The notes under the pieces are model-generated. The model ran no database searches. It was given only the letters and a program-made list of their open reading frames with translations, and was not told the DNA's origin. From NCBI GenBank assembly GCA_965197645.1, contig OZ240219.1:1184001-1248000 (forward strand): DNA of 64,000 nucleotides, read 5' to 3'. This DNA comes from Dehalococcoidia bacterium (GTDB lineage Bacteria > Chloroflexota > Dehalococcoidia > Plut-88900). The position numbers were made by a program, and so were the translations under genes. This document shows, piece after piece, positions 1-8,915 of the stretch (positions are counted from its first letter, which is position 1; each line of letters begins with the position of its first letter).

Positions 1-100
1 GGCCTCGGGCGCCGGTGATGCCATGCTGCAGTAGTTTCCGCTCCCTCACTCTGCTGGTAGGCCTTTCCGCTTTTGTGCGCCTCCGGAACCGATGATGCAA

Positions 101-138
101 AAAGAAACGCCGCAGATCTTAGCCTGCGGCGTTTCTTT
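101..138. terminator. Intrinsic terminator-like hairpin (probably bidirectional)
   Basis: AAAGAAACGCCGCAG (101-115) and CTGCGGCGTTTCTTT (124-138) form a perfect 15-bp stem with A/T-rich flanks. Confidence 0.75.
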
Positions 139-266
139 CTTTGTGGTCTGAGCAGTGCTCGGGGTTGGGGGGGTGTCGCTCAGACCGATGGGGAGATAGT
201 AATCGAGTAGTACTCCCGTCGAAGCAAGACGCTCCGATGATTAGTCGGAGCGTCTTCTATGCCAGG

Positions 267-404
267 TTACCTGGCGAACATGGTGTACAGGAGCCAGTCG
301 GTGCTGGACTTCTCGGCCTTGGGCTTTCCCTGAACCTCGCCGGCCCATCGGTCGAGCGTTATGGGAAGCTCGACGGTCTTCCTGAGGATTCTCTTTACGC
401 TCAT
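267..404 (-). CDS. Small hypothetical protein, 45 aa (not in ORF track)
   Basis: AAAGGAGAG Shine-Dalgarno just before ATG at 404; MSVKRILRKTVELPITLDRWAGEVQGKPKAEKSSTDWLLYTMFAR*; divergent from LysR; hairpins downstream. Confidence 0.6.
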   Translation of the reverse strand: MSVKRILRKTVELPITLDRWAGEVQGKPKAEKSSTDWLLYTMFAR

Positions 405-537
405 TGCTCTCTCCTTTCACTGAGTAGATGTTTGCTAATCCGTATAGCTATTCTCACGCTAAAATTACATTGTGTCCAGATATGTTCTATAATATTCAGT
501 ATCATTTTTGATGATATAGTGTAGCTGGGAGTACCCT

Positions 538-1419
538 ATGGAGCTACGAGAGCTCAGGAGCTTTTGCATCGCGGCGCAGCTCAGAAGCATCTCCAAGGCG
601 GCGGACAAGCTGGACATCGGGCAGCCGACCGTCACCACCCACGTGAAGAACCTGGAGAAAGAGCTGGGCAAGACGCTTTTCGATAGGGTCAAGCGCCCTA
701 TACAGCTCACCCTGGCCGGACAAAAGCTGTTCGAGATGGCCGCTCCGCTGGTCGAGGGGATCGACGCCCTGGCTGCCAATACGTCCAAGGAGGAGATGGA
801 AGGCCCGGTCAGCATAGCCGCCACCCACGACATCATCCCCCATACGCTGCTGAGCGTGGTCCAGGCCTTCGAATCCAAGTATCCCCACGTGCTGCTGAGG
901 ATCCGGTCGGACCATCGGGCCGAGGTGTTGACCAGGGTGGCCAACCTGGAGGCGGACATCGGGATAGTCCCCGGCCCCGAGCTGGGCTCCGCCTTTGATT
1001 TCGAAGGGATGTTCGGCTACGAAAGGGTGTTGATCACCCCCGTAGGCCATCCGCTGCTGAAGACGCGGCTAACGTCCATCGACCAGATTGCCCAGTGGCC
1101 GTTGATCCTCATGGGCCCGCATACAACGACCCGGGAGATGCTGGAGTCGGAGTTCCGGCGCAGAGGACTGAGCTATGAGGTGGTGGTGGAGCTGGACAGC
1201 ATGGACATGATCAAGAGGTACGTCGCGCTGGGGATGGGAGTCTCGGTGGGGCCCAGGCTCGCCATAGACCCGGGGGACCAGAAGACCCTGGGTGTCGTAA
1301 GCCTGGCTACGCTGCTGCCGGTGGAGCAGGGGGGAGTGGTGACCCTTCAGGGGAGGACGTTGTCCACCCCGGCGATGAATTTCCTATCGGTAATGAGGAA
1401 GACGCTGTCCAACGCCTGA
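538..1419 (+). CDS. LysR family transcriptional regulator (CysB/CbbR-like)
   Basis: N-terminal HTH MELRELRSFCIAAQLRSISKAADKLDIGQPTVTTHVKNLEKELG..LFDR; 293 aa. Confidence 0.95.
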   Translation: MELRELRSFCIAAQLRSISKAADKLDIGQPTVTTHVKNLEKELGKTLFDRVKRPIQLTLAGQKLFEMAAPLVEGIDALAANTSKEEMEGPVSIAATHDIIPHTLLSVVQAFESKYPHVLLRIRSDHRAEVLTRVANLEADIGIVPGPELGSAFDFEGMFGYERVLITPVGHPLLKTRLTSIDQIAQWPLILMGPHTTTREMLESEFRRRGLSYEVVVELDSMDMIKRYVALGMGVSVGPRLAIDPGDQKTLGVVSLATLLPVEQGGVVTLQGRTLSTPAMNFLSVMRKTLSNA

Positions 1420-1423
1420 GGCG

Positions 1424-2419
1424 CTATTCTCGCCAGACCCGTTGGAAGAGACGCAGCCAGTTGCCGCCCATGATCTTGGATACGTCGTCGTCCCTGTAGC
1501 CCCGGTTCAGCAGCTCGGTGGCTATGCTGGAGAACTTGTCTGGTGTCTCCATGCCAACGGGGTGCAGGAGGGGGTCGGGGTAGGTAACAGGACGCTCCCG
1601 GTATCTCACTCCCTGCTGGGAGGAGAGCCATTCGAAAAAGTCTCCGTGCTGGTCCTGGGTGTAGTCGGTGCCGATGGCCACGTGGTCGATGCCGACCCGC
1701 TCCACCAGGTCGTCTATGGCGTCGACGTAGTCGGCCAACGTCGATGAGAAACCGCGGCGGAGGAATGGCGGGAAGGCGTTGGCCCCTATGACACCGCCCC
1801 TCTCGGTGATCAGCTTCAGAGCGTCGTCGGTCTTGTTGCGCACGTGTTCCATGAAGGAGCGGGCGTTGGCGTGGGTGCAGGCAACGGGCAGCTCGGAGAC
1901 CTCCGCCGCCTCCATGGTGGTCCTCTCGCCGACGTGGGAGAGGTCGATCAGAATGCCCAGTCGATTCATCTCCTTGACGGCATCGACTCCGAAGGTGCTC
2001 AGCCCATCGTCATGGCGCTCCATACAGCCGTTTCCCAGCAGATTTCGCTCGTTGTAGGTCAGCTGTATGACTCGCACGCCGAGGGCGTGGAAGAGGTCCA
2101 GCCGGTCGAGGCGGTTCTCGATGGGCGAGGCGTTCTGAAATCCGAAGATCATCCCGGACCTGCCGCTCTGCTTCGCAGCGTGGATATCCTCCACGGTCTT
2201 GACCTGTGTAACGTAGTCCGAGTAGCTGCGGAAACGGCCCATCCACGTGGCGATGTGGTCCATGGTGGCCTGAAAGCCCTCCCAGACGGCGATGGTGCAG
2301 TTGCTGGCCGTCACCCCGCCGGCATGCAGGCTGCGATACACGTCGGGGCTGTCCCAGTTGCTGACGTTGAGGCCGTCTATCACAACGGAACGGGTGTAAA
2401 CGTCTGGTGGTGGACTCAT
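1424..2419 (-). CDS. Membrane dipeptidase (peptidase M19, renal dipeptidase family)
   Basis: VIDGL, GVRVIQLTYN, ILIDLSHVG, THAN, GIDHVAIGTD and IMGGNWLR motifs; start taken at MSPPPD (ATG 2419). Confidence 0.9.
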   Translation of the reverse strand: MSPPPDVYTRSVVIDGLNVSNWDSPDVYRSLHAGGVTASNCTIAVWEGFQATMDHIATWMGRFRSYSDYVTQVKTVEDIHAAKQSGRSGMIFGFQNASPIENRLDRLDLFHALGVRVIQLTYNERNLLGNGCMERHDDGLSTFGVDAVKEMNRLGILIDLSHVGERTTMEAAEVSELPVACTHANARSFMEHVRNKTDDALKLITERGGVIGANAFPPFLRRGFSSTLADYVDAIDDLVERVGIDHVAIGTDYTQDQHGDFFEWLSSQQGVRYRERPVTYPDPLLHPVGMETPDKFSSIATELLNRGYRDDDVSKIMGGNWLRLFQRVWRE

Positions 2420-2427
2420 CGGGTCTA

Positions 2428-3735
2428 CTAGGCGAGGTGGTCGGGATAGTCCATCCCGATCTGCCCCAGCTCCTCTAGGCGCTTGTAGTCGGCGTCGGAG
2501 TAACCCAGCACTTCCTTGTAGACGTACTCGTTGTGCTCTCCCAGCCTGGCCGGCGGCAACCGTATGGCGTTGGGAGTGCGGGCCAGGTGACCGTTCATTC
2601 CCGGGTAGAGATGGGTGCCCGTCTCCGCCTGGGTGACCTCGTGAAAGAACTCTCGCTCCTTGTAGTGAGGGTTTTCGTACACCTCTCGTTGGTTGTGCAC
2701 TGCCGATGCGGCTATACCCCTGCTCTGCAACAGGTGGGACGCCTCCTGTTTGTCCACGGTTTTCGTCCACTCGGCGATGTGGCGGTCCAGATCGACCTGG
2801 TTTCTGTATCGGCTGGACTCGGTGGCGAACTTGTCATCCTGTACCCAGTCGGGATCTCCCATGGCGTGGCGGAGGGATTGCCACTCATCTTCGTTGGATA
2901 CGGCGATGACCACCCAGTTGTCGTCTCCCTTGCAGGGATAGCAGCCGTGAGGCGCCAGGTGCCGATGCCGGTTGCCCAGGGTCCTTTGAGAGCGGCGGTT
3001 CATGGTGTAGTCCATTATGGAATCGCCCATGTAGGCGGTGAAGTTCTCGATCAGCGGCATCTCGATCATCTGGCCCCGGCCGGTGCGAGCCCGGTGCCTC
3101 AGTCCCATCATCGCCGCGACGGCGCCCATCACACCCGAGGCCGAGTCGCTGTAGTAGACGTCTTCTCGGACCTGCACATCCAGGTCCTCGTAGCCTCGTA
3201 TCCAGGTATGCCCCGATATGCCATCGCTGTGGCTGCCCAGGCCCCTGTAGCTGCTGTAAGGAGCATCGATGCCGAAACCGGGCATCCTGACCATTACCAG
3301 GCCGGGATTGATCTTGCTCAGGCGCTCGTACTGCAACCCCAGCTTGGTGGCGGTTTCGGGGACGTTGTTCTCGATAAGGACGTCCGATACGGCGATAAGC
3401 TTGTCGAAGGCTTCCTTGCCCTCCGGCGTGCGGAGCTCCATGGTGACGCTGAGCTGATTTCGGGCGTGAACGTTGAAGTGAGGGGACCGGTTCCACAAGC
3501 GAGTGCCCGGGTCCCAATCTGGGTAGGCGACACCCCAGCTTTTGCGCTTTACCACGTCCTCCTTGGTAAGGTGAGTAGAGAAGCCTCGGGTCTGAGGCTG
3601 CAGGACGCTCAGGGGCTCCACCTTTATCACCTCGGCGCCCCAGTCGGCCAGGTTCTGAGCGGCATAGGGGCCGGCCCACACCAGCGTGATGGCGATGACC
3701 CGTATGCCCTCCAACGGCAAGGGAGGCCTGTTCAC
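2428..3735 (-). CDS. CaiB/BaiF (family III) CoA-transferase
   Basis: PLEGIRVI..WAGP..LADWGAEVIKVE; catalytic-Asp segment YYSDSASG; C-terminal LGEHN. Confidence 0.93.
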   Translation of the reverse strand: MNRPPLPLEGIRVIAITLVWAGPYAAQNLADWGAEVIKVEPLSVLQPQTRGFSTHLTKEDVVKRKSWGVAYPDWDPGTRLWNRSPHFNVHARNQLSVTMELRTPEGKEAFDKLIAVSDVLIENNVPETATKLGLQYERLSKINPGLVMVRMPGFGIDAPYSSYRGLGSHSDGISGHTWIRGYEDLDVQVREDVYYSDSASGVMGAVAAMMGLRHRARTGRGQMIEMPLIENFTAYMGDSIMDYTMNRRSQRTLGNRHRHLAPHGCYPCKGDDNWVVIAVSNEDEWQSLRHAMGDPDWVQDDKFATESSRYRNQVDLDRHIAEWTKTVDKQEASHLLQSRGIAASAVHNQREVYENPHYKEREFFHEVTQAETGTHLYPGMNGHLARTPNAIRLPPARLGEHNEYVYKEVLGYSDADYKRLEELGQIGMDYPDHLA

Positions 3736-3780
3736 GGTCGATTCTCCATGTTCATCCGCCGGATCTTCATCGATTTTCAG

Positions 3781-4992
3781 CTAGATAACGCCGGCCCGTC
3801 TCAACCCGGTGAGCTCTTCCCGGCTGTGGCCCAGCAGGCCTTGTAATACCTCTTGATTATGCTCACCCAGGGTCGGGGCCGGGCGGCGCAGCGTCCTGGG
3901 TGAGTCGTTCATCACGAAGGGCCGCCCCGGGTATGTCAGGTTGCCCCCGTGGGGGTGCTCGATGTCCGTCCAGTAGGCCCTGCCGCGGTAGTTGGGGTCC
4001 TGAAGCAGCTGCTCCGAGGTGTACAGAGGACCGGACAGCATGTGGGCCTTTTCCGCCTCCTGCCAGACCTCTTCGACGGTGTGCTCCATAAGCCAGGGAT
4101 CGAACAGAGCGTTGAAGACATCGACGGCTTCCGGGTCCAGAACGCCGCGGGAGGTATCGAACATCGGGTCATCCTTCATCTCCGGCATGCCGATCATATC
4201 CAGGGCACCCGGCACGAAGTTTCCGAAAGGCGTGATGTTGATGTAGCCGTCCAGGCACTTATGTATGTACTCCCCGCCCTCCCGCTGCTGGTACCCTCGC
4301 CCGAAAAGCTCGCCGGTGTACTGGTGGGCCAGGAGCATCGGGCCGCTGCGGTCGACGCTGCCGGTCTGAACGTCGGCGATGGATAGGTCTATGTGATCGC
4401 CCCTGCCCCTGATATCGACGGCGTGAAGGGCTAGCAGGCTGTAGAGCGTGGCCGTAGAACCGGTGTGATACTGGATCACGTTGCCGCCCAACTTCATCGG
4501 CTCGCGTTCAGGGATGCCCGAAGCGTACATAAGGCCGCTGAAGGCGTAGGTGACTATCTCCTGGGACTTGTAGTCCCGGTAGGGGCTGGTCTGTCCGAAG
4601 TTGGAGATGGAGGTCATCACCAGCCTGGGATTGATATCGGCCAGGGTCTCATAGTCGAGGCCGAGGCCGGGCATCACCGACGGGCGGAAGTTCTCGACGA
4701 GCAGGTCCGCCCACTTCACCAGCTCTTTGAGCAGGTCGGCTCCCCTTCGAATCTTGAGGTCCAGCGTGACCGAGCGCTTGTTGGTGTTGAGGTTCAGGAA
4801 TAGGCCGCTCTTCTCCGGGTGCGGCAAATCGTCGAGGAAGGGGCCGATGCTGCGGGCGCCGTCGCCGGAGCCCGGCCGCTCGACCTTGATGACGTCGGCC
4901 CCGTAGTCGGCTAGCAGCTTGGTGCAGTACGGCCCGGCCACGTAGTGGGTCAGGTCCAGCACTTTCAGATCGCCTAGGGCTTGGGTCGGCAA
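3781..4992 (-). CDS. CaiB/BaiF (family III) CoA-transferase (Gln at the catalytic Asp position)
   Basis: LGDLKVLDLT..AGPYCTKLLADYGADVIKVE, NTNKRS, ENFRP, APTLGEHN. Confidence 0.93.
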   Translation of the reverse strand: MPTQALGDLKVLDLTHYVAGPYCTKLLADYGADVIKVERPGSGDGARSIGPFLDDLPHPEKSGLFLNLNTNKRSVTLDLKIRRGADLLKELVKWADLLVENFRPSVMPGLGLDYETLADINPRLVMTSISNFGQTSPYRDYKSQEIVTYAFSGLMYASGIPEREPMKLGGNVIQYHTGSTATLYSLLALHAVDIRGRGDHIDLSIADVQTGSVDRSGPMLLAHQYTGELFGRGYQQREGGEYIHKCLDGYINITPFGNFVPGALDMIGMPEMKDDPMFDTSRGVLDPEAVDVFNALFDPWLMEHTVEEVWQEAEKAHMLSGPLYTSEQLLQDPNYRGRAYWTDIEHPHGGNLTYPGRPFVMNDSPRTLRRPAPTLGEHNQEVLQGLLGHSREELTGLRRAGVI

Positions 4993-5125
4993 CTTGCGAT
5001 ACCTCGTCTGCTTGAGCTAAGCGGCCCAATTCTACCACCGAGGTGAAAGGGATGGCAGTGCCAGACAGCCGAGAAGCCGCTGTGAAAGCGGGTCAGGAAG
5101 ACCGGCCCATCACCCTCGGGGTATT

Positions 5126-5647
5126 TTAGTGATGATGGAAGTCGCCCGGCTCGTCCAGGATGGCAGTTTCTTGGACCTCGACTGTGAGCCAGTTCTCGAA
5201 ACAGCAGCCGCTGGACAGGCTGGTAACGCCGATGGTTGCCCGCCCACCGAGGCCCTTCTCCTCGCCCAGCACCTCGACGAACAGGTCGGTGGCGCCGCTG
5301 GAGACCTTGTTGACGTCGGTGAACTCGGGGGTGCAAACGACGAAGTTTAGGGAGCGGACGAGGCCGCCGATGCGGTCCAGGTCTCCTATGGCCAGCTTGA
5401 TGCCGCCCAGGCAGTTGATAGCCGTCAGCCTAGCCGCCTCGTAGCCTTGCTCGATGGTCAGGTCTTTGCCCAAGATGCCGGGGTGTACCGGCCCGCCGTC
5501 ACGCCAGGGGATGTGGCCGCTGAGAAACAGCAGGTTGCCGACCCGGTGGTGGGACTTCATGGACCCGAAGGTAGAGCCGTAGTACCCAGTCTCGGAGAAA
5601 TCCGGCAGCTCTATGCCCATCTGGGACAGCTTTTCTTCTACTTGCAT
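5126..5647 (-). CDS. RidA/YjgF/UK114 family protein
   Basis: LLFLSGHIP, GYEAARLTAINCL, GATDLFVEVLGEEKG..RATIGV; start MQVEEK. Confidence 0.85.
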   Translation of the reverse strand: MQVEEKLSQMGIELPDFSETGYYGSTFGSMKSHHRVGNLLFLSGHIPWRDGGPVHPGILGKDLTIEQGYEAARLTAINCLGGIKLAIGDLDRIGGLVRSLNFVVCTPEFTDVNKVSSGATDLFVEVLGEEKGLGGRATIGVTSLSSGCCFENWLTVEVQETAILDEPGDFHHH

Positions 5648-5804
5648 GGTGGGACCTGCTGAGTAACCGTTGTCTGTCAATCGACTGGCTATCAATCGAC
5701 CGTTCAACTAGAGGGGCATCCGTTTAAGGACTCGGTTGGCGCCCGACGCACCTGTGCCCTACGGGTCCGCTCCATCCGCTGAGAATGAATGACCAGTTGG
5801 CCGG

Positions 5805-6974
5805 CTACTCGTAGACCTTGATGAGGTCGTAGGTCGTGGTGCGCTGGGCGGGGATGCGGCCCATGTCCTTGATCAGCCGCTGGAACTCCTCGGGGGACAT
5901 GTACTCGCCGTAGGGCGCTCCGGCGGAGCGGGATATCTTCTCGTTCATCAAGGTGCCGCCGAAGTCGTTGGCGCCGGCGTTCAGGCAGAGCTGGGAGGCC
6001 TTGGGGCCCAGCTTGACCCACGAGACCTGGATGTTATCGATGAAGTTGTTCAGCATAATCCTCGATACGGCGTGCATTCGCAGGTCCTCGAAGCCGGTGG
6101 GGCCGGGCCGGGCGGTGCCGTCCAAGTAGATGGGAGCGTTCCAGTGCACGAACCCCAGGGGAACGAACTCGGTGAAGCCGCCCGTTTCTCGCTGGATGTC
6201 CCTCAGCAGAGCCAGATGATTGGCCCAGTGCACCGGCGAGTCGACGTGACCGTACATGATGGTGGAAGTGGTCTTCAGACCGACGCTGTGGGCGGTCTTG
6301 ACTATCTCCACCCACCGCTCGGCGCTCAGCTTGTCCTTGGTCAGAGTGCTGCGGATTTCCGTATCCAAGATCTCTGCTGCTGTGCCGGGGACGGTACCGA
6401 GGCCCACCTCTTTCAACATCAGAAGGAAGTCCCGCACGCTGAGCCCAGTCCTCCTGACTCCGTAATCGATCTCGAAGGGGGAGTAGGCGTGGACGTGGAT
6501 ATCGGGCACCAGCTCCTTGATGGCGATGAGCATGTCCCGGTACTCGTAGCCGGTCATCTTGGGGTGAAGGCCGCCCTGCATGCAGACCTCGGTGGCGCCG
6601 GCTTCCCAGGCCTCCTCGGCCCGGCGGGCCACCTCCGCGATGGTCAGGGTCTCGGCGCCCTCCTCCCCGAAGTGCTTGGCGAAGGCGCAGAAACGGCAGC
6701 CTGTGTAGCAGATGGTGGTGAAATTGATGTTTCGAACGGTGACGTAGGTGATCATATCTCCGACGGCCCGCTTGCGAAGCTCGTTGGCGACCATGCAGAG
6801 GGCGTGAAGCTCCAGATCGCTGGCATCGAAGAGCTTGATCCCCTCCTCTATCGTCACTTCCTTGTCGTCCAGGGCCCGGTCCAGAATGTGGGCCGTGTCC
6901 AGATCGATGACGCTCAGCAACCTGTCCACTGACCTACCTGCCGCCGCCGAAAACGTACCTGCCTCGACTACCAT
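5805..6974 (-). CDS. cofH: FO synthase subunit CofH (radical SAM)
   Basis: RNINFTTICYTGCRFCAF (CxxxCxxC), GTAAEILD, NIQVSWVKLG, GANDFGGTLMNEKISRSAG; adjacent to cofG. Confidence 0.92.
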   Translation of the reverse strand: MVVEAGTFSAAAGRSVDRLLSVIDLDTAHILDRALDDKEVTIEEGIKLFDASDLELHALCMVANELRKRAVGDMITYVTVRNINFTTICYTGCRFCAFAKHFGEEGAETLTIAEVARRAEEAWEAGATEVCMQGGLHPKMTGYEYRDMLIAIKELVPDIHVHAYSPFEIDYGVRRTGLSVRDFLLMLKEVGLGTVPGTAAEILDTEIRSTLTKDKLSAERWVEIVKTAHSVGLKTTSTIMYGHVDSPVHWANHLALLRDIQRETGGFTEFVPLGFVHWNAPIYLDGTARPGPTGFEDLRMHAVSRIMLNNFIDNIQVSWVKLGPKASQLCLNAGANDFGGTLMNEKISRSAGAPYGEYMSPEEFQRLIKDMGRIPAQRTTTYDLIKVYE

Positions 6975-8167
6975 ATTGTTTTCTCTTCCTTTACAAACCC
7001 GTCTTGGTCCACCCAGTCCCAGACCTGGGACTGCATGGAGGGGTTCAGGTATTCCGGCCTTTCGAAGATGTACTCGGGATAGATGGCCAGTCGCTCCCTG
7101 AGATCGAACCCGGCCAGTTCGGTCCGCCCCTTCAGCTCGGTCAGCTTGGGCCAGGCCTTTTCCGGGTTGATGTGGTCCTTGGTAACCGGCGAGACGCCGC
7201 CCCAGTCGTTGATGCCGGCCAGCAGATAGAACTGGTAGGCCTCGGGTGTGAGGTTAGGTGGCGACTGGATGTTCATATCGCCGCCGAGGATCAGCCGGGC
7301 CACGGCGATGGTGACGACCATATCCAGTGCCGTGGGCTCCTGGTACCCTCGCATTCGGGTGTCCGGCTTGGCCCGAAAGTTCTGGATGATGACCTCTTGA
7401 ATGTGGCCGTGCTCCTCGTGGAGCTCCTTGATGGCAAACAGCGAATCGACCCGCTCTTCCAGGGTCTCTCCGATTCCTATGAGTATGCCGGTGGTAAAGG
7501 GGATGTTCATTTCGCCGGCGTGTCTCATCGTTGCCAGCCTGATCTCTGGGTGTTTACCCATGCAGCCGTAGTGGGCCTGGCCCTTCTCCATGAGTCGAGG
7601 GCTGACGTTTTCCAGCATCAGGCCCATGCTCACGTTCACTTCTTTGAGCTGGGCGATCTCCTCCCGTTCCAGTACACCGCAGTTGGAGTGGGGCAGGAGG
7701 CCCGTTTCCCGGATGACCAAGTCGCACATGGCGGTGAGGTAGTCAGTGGTGGTGGCGTATCCCTGCCTGTCCAAGTCCTCCCTGGCCAGAGGGTGAATCT
7801 GTTCAGGTTTCTCTCCCAGGCTGAACAGCGCCTCCTTGCATCCCGCTTTCCTACCCGCCTCGGCTACGGCCAGCACCTCCTCGGGGGTCATGGTGTGGGC
7901 CTGGGGATGGGAGGGGACCTTTACGAAAGTGCAGTAGCCGCAACGATCGCGGCACATATTGGTCAGGGGAATGAAGACCTTGCGGGAGTAGGAGACCCGG
8001 TGGCCCTTGCTCCGGTCCCTGAGCTCGCTGGAGCAGTGCATCAGGGCCGGGACCTGGGTATCGGAGGACCGGATCAGCAGGTAGGCGTCTTCTCTCGTGA
8101 TGCCCCCGGCGCCGAGAGCCTTCTCCAGAATATCATCGACGCGCGTTGGAGCAGGGGTGTAGGTCAT
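6968..8167 (-). CDS. cofG: FO synthase subunit CofG (radical SAM)
   Basis: SYSRKVFIPLTNMCRDRCGYCTF, PFTTGILIGIGET, QEVIIQNFRAKP, GINDWGGVSPVT.DHINPE. Confidence 0.95.
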   Translation of the reverse strand: MTYTPAPTRVDDILEKALGAGGITREDAYLLIRSSDTQVPALMHCSSELRDRSKGHRVSYSRKVFIPLTNMCRDRCGYCTFVKVPSHPQAHTMTPEEVLAVAEAGRKAGCKEALFSLGEKPEQIHPLAREDLDRQGYATTTDYLTAMCDLVIRETGLLPHSNCGVLEREEIAQLKEVNVSMGLMLENVSPRLMEKGQAHYGCMGKHPEIRLATMRHAGEMNIPFTTGILIGIGETLEERVDSLFAIKELHEEHGHIQEVIIQNFRAKPDTRMRGYQEPTALDMVVTIAVARLILGGDMNIQSPPNLTPEAYQFYLLAGINDWGGVSPVTKDHINPEKAWPKLTELKGRTELAGFDLRERLAIYPEYIFERPEYLNPSMQSQVWDWVDQDGFVKEEKTIW

Positions 8168-8314
8168 GACTGTCCTAGAGGTTCGAGTCCGCTTCTGTCC
8201 AAGCTAGGGGAAGATTGTGCGCTGGTCCTATCCTCTGACGGGTAGGGTAGTCTAGCGCTGAACCCGCCTGATGTCAACCGCAGCCCGCCTTCTTTGAGAG
8301 AAGTGCAAAACACT

Positions 8315-8611
8315 CTACGGAGTCTCCGGAGTCGCCGAAGCATGAGCCCCAAGTAGCGGCTCGCAGCGTTCCTCCACGTCGTCCTCTACTGGTTGCCAAT
8401 GGATGTACGCTTCTTGTATCACCGTAAGGCACTCTACCAGAGCGTCGTTGCCTTCTTGCTTGGCCATCAGTATCTCTTGCTCTAGAGAACTGACCATGAA
8501 GGTTTGGTATACGGGATCGAAGATAGGTATTGGTTCTGAGGTCGGTGTGGCTTCGGACCCGCACGCCGACACCAAGGCCAAGACCATCGCAGCTGCTGCC
8601 AATGTCCTCAT
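8315..8611 (-). CDS. Hypothetical small lipoprotein
   Basis: Signal peptide with lipobox LVSA-C; GGATG SD-like sequence upstream. Confidence 0.6.
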   Translation of the reverse strand: MRTLAAAAMVLALVSACGSEATPTSEPIPIFDPVYQTFMVSSLEQEILMAKQEGNDALVECLTVIQEAYIHWQPVEDDVEERCEPLLGAHASATPETP

Positions 8612-8915
8612 GTGTACATCCTACAGTACCAAGCCGCCTGGGCCGTCCTGATTTCCAACGTCGTCGCGGGCGAGGGAGTATTTGCACTCCCCTCGCCTTC
8701 TTACCCCCTCTGCTGCGAAAACCTTTTTGTACGGCATTCGTTACAAAATCAGGAGGGGGAATAATCACGTGGGAGTGTCAAGATCCCCAACCTGAGCTGC
8801 AGTAGGATGAATCGAGACTTGGGAGGCCGGTTCCGTTGAATAGGACCGCTGCCCGATGTACCATACCAGGCTAGGTATACTAACACCTACGAATTTATAG
8901 ATCACGGAGAGGCCA

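Noticed and set aside
141-524. 127-aa plus-strand ORF
   Set aside because: No SD or motifs; it spans hairpins and the AT-rich promoter region. The minus-strand 45-aa ORF is better supported.
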